DNA of 62,462 nucleotides, counting the filler, from Sphacelaria rigidula (lineage: Eukaryota), in the NCBI GenBank assembly GCA_964200075.2. It is 4 parts of 4 records of this genome, joined end to end, with 100 filler letters (N's around TTAATTAATTAA, not from the genome) between each part and the next. Parts side by side here need not be neighbours in the genome. Positions count along the whole stretch, not along the records: positions 1 to 15,543 come from CAXNAA020001704.1; 3 more parts are not named here. One strand, written 5' to 3'. The notes under the pieces are model-generated. The model was given only the letters and a program-made list of their open reading frames with translations. It was not told where the DNA came from and made no database searches. The translations under genes and the position numbers were made by a program. Shown here piece after piece: positions 1-13,868 of the stretch. The stretch's first letter is position 1. Each line of letters starts with the position of its first letter.

Positions 1-2034
1 TGAGCCTCGTTTTTCGTGCTACCAAATACCCCCCCCCCTATCATGGGATGACTCCCTAGACTTACGGCATTACCTTGTTTTTGCTGAATTTTCAAATGCC
101 CATATATTCTCCTTTATTTTTTTTTTTCATTTGCTGGTCCTCTGATCTTCTGCATGTCGATTATGAAAAGCTGCTGTCAAAATTTCGGCGACCAACTCCT
201 AATATCGCGCCGTGCGTCGCCTGACCGAGATTCACACCTACTCTTGGCTGGCCCAGCTCGTACTTCAAGTACGACTTTCAAATACCCCGCAATTGAGTAT
301 ACTCTACTCGACCTGCCCTTGCTAATTTTTCTTTTGTTCCCTTGTTACGGACATTTCAGTATACTAAAATGTCATTTTTTCGTTAGTAACGCCCTAACCT
401 TTGAAAAAAAGAAGTGAAGACCCATTTTTTTTTTCAGCATGCCTCTGTGATTGTCATGTTGAGTTTCAAATCGCATTTGTAAGAACTGAGCTGAATAAAT
501 GAAATGAGGGCGAAGAACAGTATCCATTTTTACTTTTAACGCCCCTAGAAAACGAAAAACAAACGTGAGTTTTTTTCAACCCTAATGATTCATTCCCCTT
601 ACCAAATTTCGAAGTGCAACTCTCAACTGAGACGCAAAATACAAATTGAGTGCATTTAGTACCTGTGCTCGTAGTATACAAAGACTTCCTCTGTCTCATA
701 AGTCTGTGCCGTTATGTTTATACGAGCCCTTAACGGTGTCTGATTTGATTTTCGATTATTTTATTGCATTCGCTGGCGTTTTTTGAGCTAAGAGCAAAAC
801 TCTTTCTGCAACATGAGTGCTTGACCCGTGCAGCCTCGCGACCGAGAAAAAGTGGGTCGGTCAAAATATGGCCATTTTTCGCTGTTTTCCCCAGTAAAGC
901 ATAGTAGGCCCGGAAATCGTGAAAAAAGTGTCAAAACCGCAAAACCACCACTGTTTCGGATATCTCCGTGACGTTAACCTACGCACGCCCTATCAAACAT
1001 ATTTTCAGCATGTGATCGCCATTGCTCGACGGGAAAATGTCCAAAATCGGTCAACATTGGGGTATAAGGGGACCAAAAAGGGCCAAAATGGGGTATACTT
1101 TGACCTAGTTTTAGTGTACAAAATCATCTCCGGTTTTAAATTTTTTTCTCAAGTGAGCTTTGTATGCGTTTTGTCTTTCTAACGCACCCGGCCAAAGGCT
1201 AAACGTCAAAGTATAAGTACCTTTACGACTAAGCGCCAATAACTGCACAGACTTATGATACAGAGGAAGTATATGAGTATGGAATATTACATGCGTCATA
1301 CTCGAGATGAACAGCGAATTAGGTGAAGGTGAGGGTATCGATTGTCTTCCGTGCTCCAGGTAATATCCACAACGAGAATCGTCATCATCCGCTGCTTGTA
1401 TCGTTCGGGGTTTCATATAAAGTCTAGTATGGACCCTATACCCGTACGATGTAGGAATTACCAGGCATGGCGTTTCATCAACGAGAAAAAAATTGCCTCA
1501 TTATTTTTAGCACATGAGCGTCATCGCCTTGACTAGACGATTAATACTACATGCGAATCATGGCCCAACTCATCTGTTTCGATGAGATATTGCTTTGAGA
1601 GCTTCAACCCGTGTTTAGGCTGGACCAGCTCGTCGATTAAGGGGGTGTTGGGCCGATGACTCGAGGCTTCGAAGGCGTCCCGAGGAATTATGGGGTGAGC
1701 GTTTCGAAGTGTGATGGAAGAATGTCAGGACGATCGTCATCCTGGCGATCATGTGTTGGTGTGCAGCACGTCCTGTCCAGGTAGCGGTTTTGTCAACTTC
1801 GGCACGCACGGGAGGAAGCTCTTTCCTCTAGCTCCTCCGCTGTGTTTGTCTGATTTGCCAGGAACGAAACGCTGCACGTGTTTGTTTTGCCGCGGGATTG
1901 AAAGTGTCGGCATTGAAGAGAGATCACGTTCTGTGTGAAGTGTAACGAAAACGCCAAAAGAACTCAAAGTAAATCGCAGTGTTGTGATGTCGGTGTGGCC
2001 AGGTTCATGTATGATTTTTTTTCACTCTCTCTTC

Positions 2035-2200
2035 ATCTTTTCTTTTACTTATACTTTTTTTTTCTTCTTATATTTCTTATTTTCTCCTTATTATTATTAT
2101 TATTATTATTATTATTTTTATTTTTATTATTATTATTTTTATTTTTATTTTTATTTATTTTTATTTATTTTTATTTTTTTATTTATTTTTTTCTTTTCAT
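2035..2200. repeat. (TTA)n/(TTTTA)n low-complexity tract in an intron
   Basis: Directly visible; the YYYY/LLLL ORFs here are artefacts of it. Confidence 0.95.
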
Positions 2201-2340
2201 ATGTTGTGCGAGAAAAATACCCCCAGCACCTCGTTCTCGTGGCGCTTCTGCTATACTTGTGTATCGGAAAAGCGCGGGCTAACATTTTCTTTACGCGCTG
2301 TTTGTTTCGCCGGGCCGACCGTATCGTGGTTGATGCACAG

Positions 2341-5300
2341 GGGTACGTGTACGGTTGTACATCCGCAATCTGCGAGTCTATGGGTCAGTGTACGTGCAGC
2401 ATCGAAGAGTCGGATCTCAAAGGGGGCGACTCCTACTCTTCGGTGAGTTCAGCCCGTCCATTTCCGTGGGTGTTATGTACGGAGTGCATCACCCGCTTTA
2501 TTCGGAAACCCGAGCTCGATTGTATCTGTAAGTTGTTTTCAGTTGAAATAAGGGATTTTTGTAATTTTTTTGTATACGGCGATTTTCAATAGTTTTTTCG
2601 CCTGCCTCCGCCCATCCCAGTGATTATTTGATACCTAATTTTGGGTATCGGGAGATAATAGGCATCCGCGCCGCATTCCGAAACAGGAAGGATATCTGCG
2701 CTGAATGTTGAACGACCAACGGGGTGGGGTGTTATTGGCCGTTTTTGGTCCAAAACACATTTATTTTCGGCTTGAGCGCAATAAATAGGTGGAAATAAGA
2801 AAGAAGGGTCTGTATGATTTTAAGCAAAAGCGATCGGGATTGGTCCACTCCCCCCTGGGCTATGCAGAAATCGGTGAGGCGATGATGTTAGTCGTTGGGT
2901 ACTTTTTCTGAATTTTCTCGCTCAGTATTATTCCTTGGTACTCGAAAATCCTAGCGTCAACAGGTATTGGGAAAGAAGCAGGCCGTGCTCAGGACAAAAT
3001 CCTGATTTGGTGTTGTCGGGGTGAGGCGAAGTATGTACCTCGTTTATCAGGGGGTGTTATCGACCGCCACTAATCCCAAAACCACAGGTTTTCGGCTCTA
3101 GCGCAACGAATAGGTGATATATATAATATATATATACATATATATATATGCATTTCCATTTGTTCGAAAAAGCGATCGGCAATGCTTCAATCGAGCAAAA
3201 ATACCCAAAGGTCAGTACCTTGGGCTGGGTAGTCGCGAGACCCCTGAAAATTGGTTTGCCATGAAGTCGTTCAACATTTAGTGCAGATATGATGTTTGTT
3301 CCGGAATGTGGATCGGACGCCTGAAATAGTTTCTCCTGATCCCCAGACGTCAGGATCAAGGCTTCAGTGGCATGTGCGGTGGCACGCGAAAACACTGATG
3401 AAAATCATCGATTACGAGAAAATACAAAAATCCCACACCCTAGACAAGAGAACACATTGTAAAAATAGCGGAGTGCGTGCAGTCAGTATCGACTATAGCG
3501 TCCATTGCAATATACAAAAGATTCCATACTGCATGCAGTACACTTTTCGACAGTGAAATATTTTGTCGAGGGTGCAGAAAATCCCCTATTTCAGCTGGAA
3601 GCTACTGTTGTACATATATATATATATATACATGCATGCGTACATACATACATACATACATATATACCATGCACGACAGCCGAAACGAATGGAGATTAGG
3701 GTTGAAATATATTCGCAACAAACATCAAACCTTGTCGTGATGAAAACCAAAAGCTGAACGCAGTCGCATACAAGAGTGGACCGAAGCGAATGTAAAGTAT
3801 GTATGTATGATCTCGCGTGCCCAGTACATGTGTCGAGAGGGGACGAGAGGAGGAAGAATCCTGGCTGCACACAGCCGCGGGCAATAATGGCCAGCATGTT
3901 GGACCTACCGCTGAGTTCACGCCTGTGCGGGTTCATGAACTGTAGTCGGTATTCCACATCGATCTCCCCCGCCCCTCACTTCCTCCCCTTGTTCCCCTTG
4001 TTTTTAGAAAGCGGACTTGCTATTTCCAATTTTCCCACAAATAGGAGATCAATTTTTACGCCCCAAGTGTATTGTAGATACTGTACGGCAATGTTATATG
4101 GGTGAAACATCTCGGCAGTTTCAGGTTTGGGTAACTCGAACGTAGTCTCTACTGACATGATCCATATACCTCCAGCACGTAGCGTATCACACGTGCAATT
4201 GCTCTCCTTGCTTTGAAGGTTGGGCCCCATTATAATTATGTACATATGCATATCTATACCAAAGGTGCTCTTACCCCTTGGTCCCTGCTCTTTCTCTGCG
4301 TATATCTAGCGTGGCTGTGGGATGTGCGAGCCGGGGGGGGAGGGGGATTGTTATATCCGTCTATAATGGTGATTTTTTTAACGTAGAATTTGAACACACT
4401 CGTTCCGAAGAGCACCAGATTCCAGCCAAACACTGTTGTAGTACATCCATTCATCTGGGAGGAGGGAAGGGGCAAACAGTATTAGCACGCTACCAGTGCC
4501 TGACTCAAGATTTTCCCTCGGAGCCACACGATAAGAGGGATAGCTACGAACAAGAGTGGTGAAACGACCCACAGTCCACACTCAAGCTACCCCACCCCCT
4601 CTTCCTCCATCTCGTCTCGTGCAGGCTGGCAGCGGAAGGGATGAGTGGTCACCACCAGTGTATGCGACAGGGCCGCTATCCAACGGGGGCGGTAAGCAGC
4701 CGCCACGGCCCCCCACCGAAGCAGCACTGGCGGCAGCGGCGTTTTCACATCAACCGGGACCCCCAGCTTTTGGGTCGGTAACGGCGGCGGCCCCGGCGGC
4801 AGCGGCGGCAGGAGCAGACGGGAGGCGAGGGGGGTCCGCGATGCGATCGGCTGGGGGGGTGGAGTGCCGGTATGGAGTGCGGTGTACAAGGGCAAAGTGT
4901 GCCTTCATGCATTCAGAAGGTTCGTGTTTCTTTCTGTGTGTGTGGGGAGGTGTGGTGGGAGGAGTCTCGGCATATATAGTGCGGTGGTGTGGTCTGATGC
5001 GGAAAGCTCCAAGCTCTTGTCCAATGGTGCTGTTTTTTTGTCTTTATTTTTGTCATCCGTTTATCTTTTCCTGTACGTAATGTAGTGTAATTCTCAATAT
5101 TGTGCGAGCTGTGCTAGCCTAGAAACGCAACTGTAGGTTTTCGACGTTGCAGCAGCTCAGTTCTGAGAGTCATGCTTGCAAATTTGGTAGGGATAATCAC
5201 ACAGGAGCATGATAAAAAAAAAAATGCGCCAAGACGTTGTGATTTTTTCTTCGTTGAGCTGAGGACAGGAGATAATGTTCATTTTCCACAAAAATGTCCT

Positions 5301-6864
5301 CCTTAGCTCATGAGAAGAAACCAATGTCGAGGCGTCACTTTTTTTTGCCCTTGCGAGTCTCCATTAGTATATTTCAAAAGCACACCGTCAAAGCCGATCG
5401 GCACAATCTAGCTTTTGTGCATTCAGTGCACTTTATCGAATTTCGTATTGAAGCTTATTGGAGCTATATCCCGCGATAGATGACGAATCAGATCAAAGTG
5501 GGGGTTTCGATCGTTTCCCCGTATCGTGAGGCATGTTCACACCAAAAGTCAGCGTCATCCACCGATTTTATTGTGACCGAGTTTCGCATATACTTTTGAA
5601 ACCGAGATATCTCCGTATGTCACGGGATTTTTCTCGCCATAGCGTTTAATGAACAAGAAAATATCTGGCAGGGCTGTTGAGTACATGCCCCCCCCTCACT
5701 TGATTAGAGGATGAAACACATGCGTGTATCATGACCCAATTCGTCTGCATCCATGAGATACTGCTGCGACCATTGTGAATCCGTTTTACACGGTTTCAGC
5801 GCGTATATAGACTGTGCTCTATGTTTTGAGTGATGCCGGGACAGCACCCCCCCAAAAAAAGAAAAAAAACTGTCATGAAAATGGTCACACAAAACGCATG
5901 ATGACTGGTTTCAAACTGCATAAGGTACCCCATATGGGCGACGTTGTGCCCCATGTGGGCGACGTTGGCAAAACACGATCCCAAGCGTGGGAGTTGTCAG
6001 CTGCTCGGTGTGCTCGGCTTGTCACTTTTATGTAGATGTAGATTTTGCCCCCTTGAACCAGCCACTCTTTCGGGGGAGGGGGGGTGGTAGGGGTGGCGGG
6101 GGGCTATCACGGTATCAGTCTTATGATGAACTTTTTTTTCACACGATCAATAGCCCGTTTTTACTGCGTGCGGGGGGCTGACTGCCTGGTCAACGCACAG
6201 TGATTCTTGACCGTTGAGAAGTGTCGGTACCGTCACTCATGTGCCATGAGGACAAATCAAGAAGTGGATACCCATGCACACCCACACTGTTATCCGCTGC
6301 GTTGATTTCCGTTGTGTAAACTTTCACGTCAAATGATGTATACGACCGGGCATACGTGTATGCTATCGGGCCAATTGGAGGCACACGTTGCGGGGGCTTG
6401 GAGTGACGTATCGCATTATCATGGTCAAGTCGGACGTACGTTCTGTCAGCTCAAGAGAAGGGATATGGTCCGATGCTTGCCGGAGCGGGGGTGCCCAAGC
6501 ATTCCGCGCGACAAAAAGGCAACGCAACCTGAATGATGACGGTGGATTGTGTTATCAAAGAAAAAGTACTGCATACAGCATGGATTCTGTTGTCTGTTGC
6601 ACTAATCGCGATGGTCAATACTTTACGCATTACAGGTTGTTTGACGATGTAAATCTGGCCATTATCCAGAGTGTGATGATGCAAGGCGTGTACGTACCGG
6701 GGAGAGAGATGAGTTGATCCCTTGAGACCATGGACTGGTCACGAGGAGGGGGGGGGGGGGGGGGGGGGAAGATGTATACAAAAAAAAAAAACAGGTGTTG
6801 TGGTCAATGTTTTGTATAAAGTAAANNNNNNNNNNCTCCTCTTCTAGATTGGATGAGGGGCGGG

Positions 6865-6901
<37 letters not shown>

Positions 6902-9900
6902 GAACGTGTAACCACAAAAAAATACCGTGTGTTGGAATCAATGGTTTGTAGAATACGAACAGTTCGTAGGTGTCGGGCATCGAGACACGTTAATCGTCGA
7001 CGACGGGTGATTTTCGAATGGGAGTCATTGAGCTCAAATGTCGTCCGTGGTATCAAAGTAGACGTAGCCAAGGTGAACACAGGGAGATGCTGAAGTCGAG
7101 AAGAAGAGCCAGATAAAAACGGAAGAGGAGGTGAAATTGGCGGAGTAAAACTGATGTGGACGGCAGGTGAGGGGAAGTAGTGTCGGTCCGGCCCTGAGTG
7201 AAGAAGAACTCCGACAGGTCCACCCCGGGTCAGGAGGCTGTACAGTGGAGCAAAAGAGCGCGGAAGCTGGTCGCCACGCAGCCACCAAGAAGTTGTACTT
7301 CAGTACTGGCAGGAACTGTTATCAACCGAAAGGAATTTCTCATTGTTGTTGTTTTTTTCTTTCCCCCCTTCAGATCGATCTCACTTTTGAGCTCGGTCAT
7401 TTTGCTCCCCACGTCCGTTGGAAGGTATGAACAGCTCCCGAGAAATGTATTGCCGACCACCTTTGGGTTGCGTTTCGGTTTCGAGTCCGCGGTTGCCTGT
7501 TTCTTCTTTTTTAATCAGCGAGTTTTTTAGTTTTGGTTTGTATTGTCTTGGGTACGTCTATCGTGTAACCACGGCTGGATCTCAGGGGGTCAGTTAAGTT
7601 GCGACAATCAATCAATCGCTTTATCGATCACTCAAAAAGTTGCACCCACCAGTTTTTGATACGTGGATGAACGTCGGGGCGGCGAAGAGCTCGGAGATTC
7701 GCCAACATCGCAACGCGGAGCCCACTTTTCCGAGTTGGGACCTGGAAATATTTTCACGAGTAGCATAGTTCGATTCGCAAGGTAGTCGTGGACACATGCA
7801 AATGATCCTTGATTTTTGCTTCTTTTATTTTTTTCCCGCCGAGATACAACCACGAAAGTCAGATCGGCCGTTATTTTTGTTGGCCTTCTTTTTGGCGAAA
7901 CAAGAGAAGCTCTGGAGACATCTGAAGTTGTCGGCGAGTACCTTGCATACCATGGATTATAAAGTTTCGGGATCGACCTTGAAAAAGTTGAGCCCCGTGT
8001 GGGGATGCTTGATCCAAGATAAATCTCCATCCCCGTCTCTATACACACATCGTATATTGGGGTTCCGGCTGTAAGGTTTGGGCGATGAAACACAGAATTA
8101 AACCGTCACCGCTTTTATTCCTGCCGCGGGAGGTGCGCGCTCAGAAATTTCGTGCGGAGTTTTTTTTTCATCATGTTTTTTTTTGCCCGTGAAAGTCGAC
8201 GCACAAGTTTGATGACAAAAATTAGCGCAAACGTTGAGACGCCACTCTCACGACATCAACTATTATTAGGCGGATTCCTAAGCTTGATATGCGTCTGCGC
8301 TTGACCACCTCAACTAGTCGATTACAAGGATATGCCCAGCTTAGGCCCTGACAAATAAAGGCAAGCCATGGGCGTACTAAGGCATGCGTAGCAAGATCTG
8401 AAGCGGGCAAACTATCATGGGGGTAAGGCAACTTTGTGAGGCGTTTGTCTTATACGCCTCCCTTATGCCTTGGATGCCTCCGTTAGACGAGGCAAAATAC
8501 CTCAGGTATATTACCTTACGCTTTGTCTTACTTTCCTTTTCGCCCCCTTTATTGCTTGCTTTCTGTGGTAAAACTGTAGACGGGCACAGCTCGATGCTCA
8601 ACGCCCACAAGCACGCATGTTGTGTTCGCGCACCAGCCGAACAGCGATTTGGAAATGTGTGAACAGCAGAAAGTTGTACAGCAGTACAGCAGCGCAGCAG
8701 CAAGGGCAATACTATTTCGCATGTGATCAAACTTAGAGTCAGACAAAAATCGTCATGGACCTTAACGCCAAACCTCGTTCCCGCATCACGGCGCATCGCG
8801 CGTGGTGATTGATTGTGAGCCTGGTCCGGCGAAAAACCGGCGTGCTCCGTCCCGGCTTTGCAGGAATGCGAGGTCGATGGTCCCATCGACACGGCCTGCA
8901 AGAGCGCGTCCCCTTCCCCCCGCCCCCCACCCCAGGCCCTCTGGCGGGCTGAAAAGCCTATTTTGGGTCGCCTTTTTTTCTCGAAATTTGCTTTTGCTTG
9001 TGACGACTTGATGGCTTGCTTTGGTGGCTCCTTTCATCGTGCCAAGATGTACCGTATTGTCGTTGTTTCAAGTTCAAGTAGCTTGCCTCACCAACCCAAG
9101 GGCCACCTGCAAGATCAAGTGACCTAGTTCACATATGTTTCGTTCATATAGCTTGCGTCAGCTAGAGTGAGATCGAGTGCCTTGGCTCACCAATTGTACG
9201 ATGTAGTAAACTTGGCTCATCAGCTGTACGGTCAAGAGACTTGGTTCCCCCACCCTCAGTAATTGTCACATCAAGTGAGTTGGTTCACCTGTGCTGTGGT
9301 CAAGTTACTTGTTTCAACGCCAAGATCAAGTGACCTGGATCACCCATACGCAGTTCAAAGTCGTTGTTGTATCTGCCATGGTATTGAAGGCAACTCTGTC
9401 AAGAAGTTGAAAAGTACACCCGACTCCCCTTTGAGGGTTGCCGTAGGTTGGCAACGGCGCTGTAAAGCAGGCCACTCACTGCGTAAGCTAGGCAGCCAGC
9501 TTACCGTTTTTATATTGCGGTTGCGTATTTTGTCGGTAACCATGATGATGTGATGCTGGTCGAGTCAGTTCATGTTGTGCGGTGTGGGGATGCTCAACTC
9601 CGCGCAGAGGGGATGACCGTAATACGCAGTGTTCATATGGTGGGGTATCCATGAGGCAATGTAACCCGTGGGTGTATCTGAAAGTGGCGACATCAGAGGA
9701 TGAAGCAATTCATTCGAGGCTGTCATCTGCATGAACGATGACAAGGTACTCTTCGGATCGAACAATCTTAGCAAGATGCAGGTCAACTCTCATGCGACAC
9801 GCCGAACACACCACGGCGCTGCGCGCTTGGTGATTGCAAACCTGGCCCGGCGAAAAGCCAGCGTGCTCCGTCCCGGCTTTGTAGGGATGTGAGGTCAATG

Positions 9901-11957
9901 GTCTTGTGACTTTGGGATGCATAATGAGGAGTACACCCCCCACTCCCCACCCACCACCTCAATGCCCTCTGAGCCTATGAGATATGTGCGTTCCCTAGCC
10001 CCCGCTTTTGAGGAGTTTTCATCTAGCTAGCTCGTTATTTTATGCTCCGGCCTGGGCGACTAAGGAAGACACGGGCTTTTCAGGCAACAAACAGCGTCTT
10101 GGGCAAACCATTTTGCTGGACAGGGGCTCGAAGGCAATAAGTAGGGCATGCCTTATTTTTGTCAGGGCCTGGCTCAGCTTGCCCTGAATAAGTGCCGTTC
10201 GCAAGACATCATGACCATTTTGACGACCCAACGTGATTTTCTCTGCTGGCCCAGCTCGTCTATGTGTATCATGTGTTTTGTGTATCATGTATGTTCACAG
10301 TGCATTCTGACTGTAACATTCAGACAATCACTCATAATCAATCAAACTTGAGCGAGATTCCAGAATTCAATAATTCGCAAAATTTTGTGTTTTGACTTTG
10401 CTTTCACACCTACAGGGCGCCATATGGATAGGGGTACCGTCACCTTCGGAGACTTCGGGCCCGGGGGAGCGGGAGACGGGCGTAGCGGAAGCGGTGTTGG
10501 CGGCGGCAAGCCGGTAATAGACCAGGACTTGATGGACACGTGGTACCCGGACTGCCGCGAGTGCACCTGTTGCAAGGTATTCAAAGCAAAAGTACAGTGC
10601 GGTCTTCCGTCATGATCTGTTATCCAGATGAACTTGCCGTCCTTTTGGCTGCCGACTATGTTTCTGCTCGTGTTTATTTCGTGTCCCCGTGGGGTCTTGT
10701 TTCGCTGATGCTTACCCTGAAAAACATGAGTTCGCGGAAGCACCTGGGATGCCCACAGCCTTGTTCGTCGGTACGAGTCTGTGCATGGAACTTCCACATG
10801 ATGTGTTTTTTTATATGTGAGGGGTTTCGAGTGCGGCAGACGATTCCAGCGCGGCCCATGCCGTCGTGATTGTCGAGTTAGTTCACGTTTCTTTCAGTCA
10901 TTTTCGTGTTTCAGGTGGAACTTTATGTCACGCGCTTTTGACATGCCTGGGGGATGGATATTATTTGAGTTCCGACAATTTATCACTTGAGATTGTTACT
11001 TTCTGGAGTGGTATACAACGTATCCCGGTACAGTACTATGAAATCTCCACAGTTGTTAATACCGACGTGTTGCCAAGTACAGCCGGAATTATGTCACCCA
11101 TAGGGGAGGGGGGAAGGGTGTGTACTCATTTGTTGCTCACCTTAGTCGAAACGGAGCTCTCTCACCCGGAGGGGAGTGGTATTTGGCGGACAGGTCACAT
11201 GCTATTTTGGGAAGGGCATTTCGTGTTAAGTCACGCCGTCTGGTTCTGTTTCGGTTCTCGCGCTTTTGACGTGCACTTTCGTGACAGTTCGCCATAGGTG
11301 CCATCCCCCCCCCCCCCCACTGTAACGCGGCATGGTTATTCTCTCATGCTTGGCTTCGTGGGTGCAACTAAATAGAGTGGAAACCGTTCGGGTGGGTACT
11401 AGTGTTCAAAATCTTATATCAAAATATCGAATATCGACCGCGATTTTCGGCAATTCTTGATATCGGAATCGCGAGCTGGTAAGCCGATACTTTCGATACG
11501 CGGACTGGCTCTCTCGGGGGGCCCCGCCTGCTAAAATGGGGAGAGGGTAGTGCATTCTCATTATCGGTCCCCCCCTTTTATTGCAAAAATGACCTTTCAA
11601 AACAGCAAAAAAAGGCCCAGAAATCCAGAGATCGAAGTTGATATACACGTTTGGCCAAGATGAATTGGTCTCAATACGCAGCCCTGTCGATAAGCTTTTG
11701 ATGTCATCGGGGTCATCCCTGGCGGCGGCTGCGGCAAAACAGAGGTTTGTTGTTTTGTATCTGACTTCAATTATAACAGTAGAATTCTCACCCAAGTTTC
11801 CGCCCAGCGCTAGCACGACATGTTACCGTGTAGTACATTGCAAATCCGCATCCCTTCGAGGTGCCACTGGTTCCTTGTCAAGTCTCTTTGCGCCACGGAT
11901 CGGTTGATGAGCGTTTCGACTTACACGATACTCATGTGCTGTACTGGGGTGTGTGCG

Positions 11958-11988
<31 letters not shown>

Positions 11989-12386
11989 TTTCTCGAGCTT
12001 CGGATCACTTTGTGATATATTTATGCAACGGTGACGAACGGCACTTCAATCGACGTGCCTCTATTCCTCACTGCGCATGCTGTATTGTGGCTCGTACCAC
12101 CCCCACCCTACAGGGATACAAGCATGGCTGCAAGACGCCGAGCTGCGCCGCAGCGGGTCTTTGTGCGTGCTCTTCGCAAGACGGGACGGTCAGCCCTGTC
12201 ACTGCGGCTTCCAGTCCGCCCGTCCCCCAAAACGCCTCCAACGCAACACCAGCACCAGGGGATGACAAGCAGGCGTCCCCTGGAAAAAAGGGGGCATCTG
12301 ATGGGGGTGGTGGTGGGGATGGTGAGGCAGTAGTGTCGGGAGCAGAAACTGCGGCTGCTGTCGCGGTTGCTACGTCGACGTCGTGA
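2341..12386 (+). CDS. 5'-partial spliced gene: CCCH zinc-finger protein with two copies of an unassigned Cys-rich domain. Exons 2341-2442, 4625-4919, 10416-10576, 12114-12386 (stop TGA).
   Basis: Every exon starts after a cag acceptor; the three internal donors are gtgagt, gttcgt and gtattc; phases match (0,1,0). Exon 2 encodes CRYGVRCTRAKCAFMH (C-x5-C-x4-C-x3-H, Nab2/ZC3H14-type spacing). Exons 3+4 give WYPDCRECTCCK|GYKHGCKTPSCAAAGLCACS, and exon 1 gives the homologous half GYVYGCTSAICESMGQCTCS. I found no upstream exon in 1-2340. Confidence 0.8.
8770..8885. repeat. Interspersed repeat, 3 copies (8770-8885, 9810-9905, inverted at 46745-46815)
   Basis: Shared core gcgtgctccgtcccggc(t/a)ttg...g(c/t)ga(g/a)gtc(g/a)atggtc. 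Confidence 0.85.
9070..9345. repeat. Degenerate array of ~8 copies of a ~19-bp motif (TCAAGTGACTTGGTTCACC) with variable spacers
   Basis: Copies at about 9073, 9115, 9171, 9203, 9231, 9270, 9299 and 9324. Confidence 0.7.
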
Positions 12387-13868
12387 CGATTTTGTGTTTG
12401 TTTTGTGAAGAACCGACTTGATTCAGTTGTAATTGAAACTCTTGTTGTTGTGAAGAAAAAACTTAATATCAGTAGAGAGAAGGCAAGGTAATATATATAC
12501 CCGTTCCCTTGGCTCTTTTATTAGTTTTTAGTTTTCGTTTTTAGGCCTGTGCTGTCATCATGTGTGTATCGTGTGCAGTGCCATAGTTCGGTTATATTTG
12601 TTCTGTGTCGCTGTGATACACTGTGCAGTGATTAGTAGCCCCATTTGATTTTCACGAAGTTCCATCTGTAGTACGAGCGGCGGCAGTAGGGGGGGGGGAA
12701 ACGTGGGTTGACAATGTAAGGTCGGGGAATTGTGGATCCGTGTGTACTTAGTTGTTTAAAGAACGCAAAGCAAGTTTGCGAAATAAGCGAAGCAAGGACG
12801 CGATCGAAGCAAGGGTAGACCATGCAGCGGCACATAGGCTGTTGAACGAAAAAAATGCAGGACATTTTTGCATGGAGCGAAACGAAAATAGCGACGAGTT
12901 TGGTGCTTGACAGGGGAAGCCGAAGGTGTCGCGCCACGCGTGTGCTTCATCAAGAGATCTTGCACGAGCGTCTGCATTCTTGTTTATTTCTGACCGCCGG
13001 ACTTTTGTCGGGAGCGTGCACCAGTACATGTGTGCTTGGGTGTGGCTGAGAAATGCCTCACCGACAAGTTTCAACATGAGCGTGATACTCGTTGCCCCCC
13101 CCCCCCCCCCCCCCCCCCCTCCCCCTCCCCCCCCCCTCCCTCTTCCCCCCCCCCACCGATGCGGGGGGTGGCCTTGGGTCCGCCTCCTCGCTCGTTNNNN
13201 NNNNNNCAGAGTGTGGGGGGGGGGGGGGGAAAACGGCCCCCCGCACCGCGCTCAACATGGGCGGGATCTGCGTTCCCCCCCCCCCCCCCCCCCACGGGTG
13301 CTTCGTCCTATCCGAAAGTTACTTTGCGCCCCCGCAGAGGAGAGGGATGTTTACATCGCTCCCTGATTCGCCTTTGTGGTTATGGTTCCCCCCGTCCGTC
13401 CCCTCCGTCGCACGTTATCGCTTCGGCTTCAAGGTGGGCATGATGTTCGCCACCTGATCGCCGTCCGGTATTTCTCTTGTTTGACTGACAAATACAGCTC
13501 ATACCAGCAAGTGCGGCGGTAACACGGGTATGCGAAGAGTGTGCTCACCTCTGCGGGTTGTGTGCGAACCTCCGTTATGATTGTAGCTCCGGAGTCTTGA
13601 GGGAACAGAGGTAGTGGTCTCAGCAGCACCACCCAGCAGCAGCAATATTTGTGCGATGCGAATGAGGCATGATGGCCCGTTCGACCCCCTTCCCGTCACG
13701 TCCGTGATAAATGTACCGTCTCAAGGACAGGAGTCTGGGCCCCACTGGAGGTCTAACAATGTACAACGAGTCTTCCAGTTGCGAGTCAACCCTAACTGTA
13801 CGTTTTTTTCGAATCCCCGTCATTTTACTCTTATTTTTCATCAATCTGTCATGTAAGGTGTCGGCCTT

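Noticed and set aside
820-1205. Possible degenerate DNA transposon (also 2600-3460, 5690-6190, 7625-8210, 11400-11690)
   Set aside because: TE-like texture, but TIRs and TSDs are not convincing and there is no second copy in the window.
13090-13300. Poly-Pro/poly-Gly ORFs and G/C homopolymers (also 6745-6900, 24780-24965)
   Set aside because: Homopolymer runs next to 10-N gaps; their lengths are unreliable and they are non-coding.
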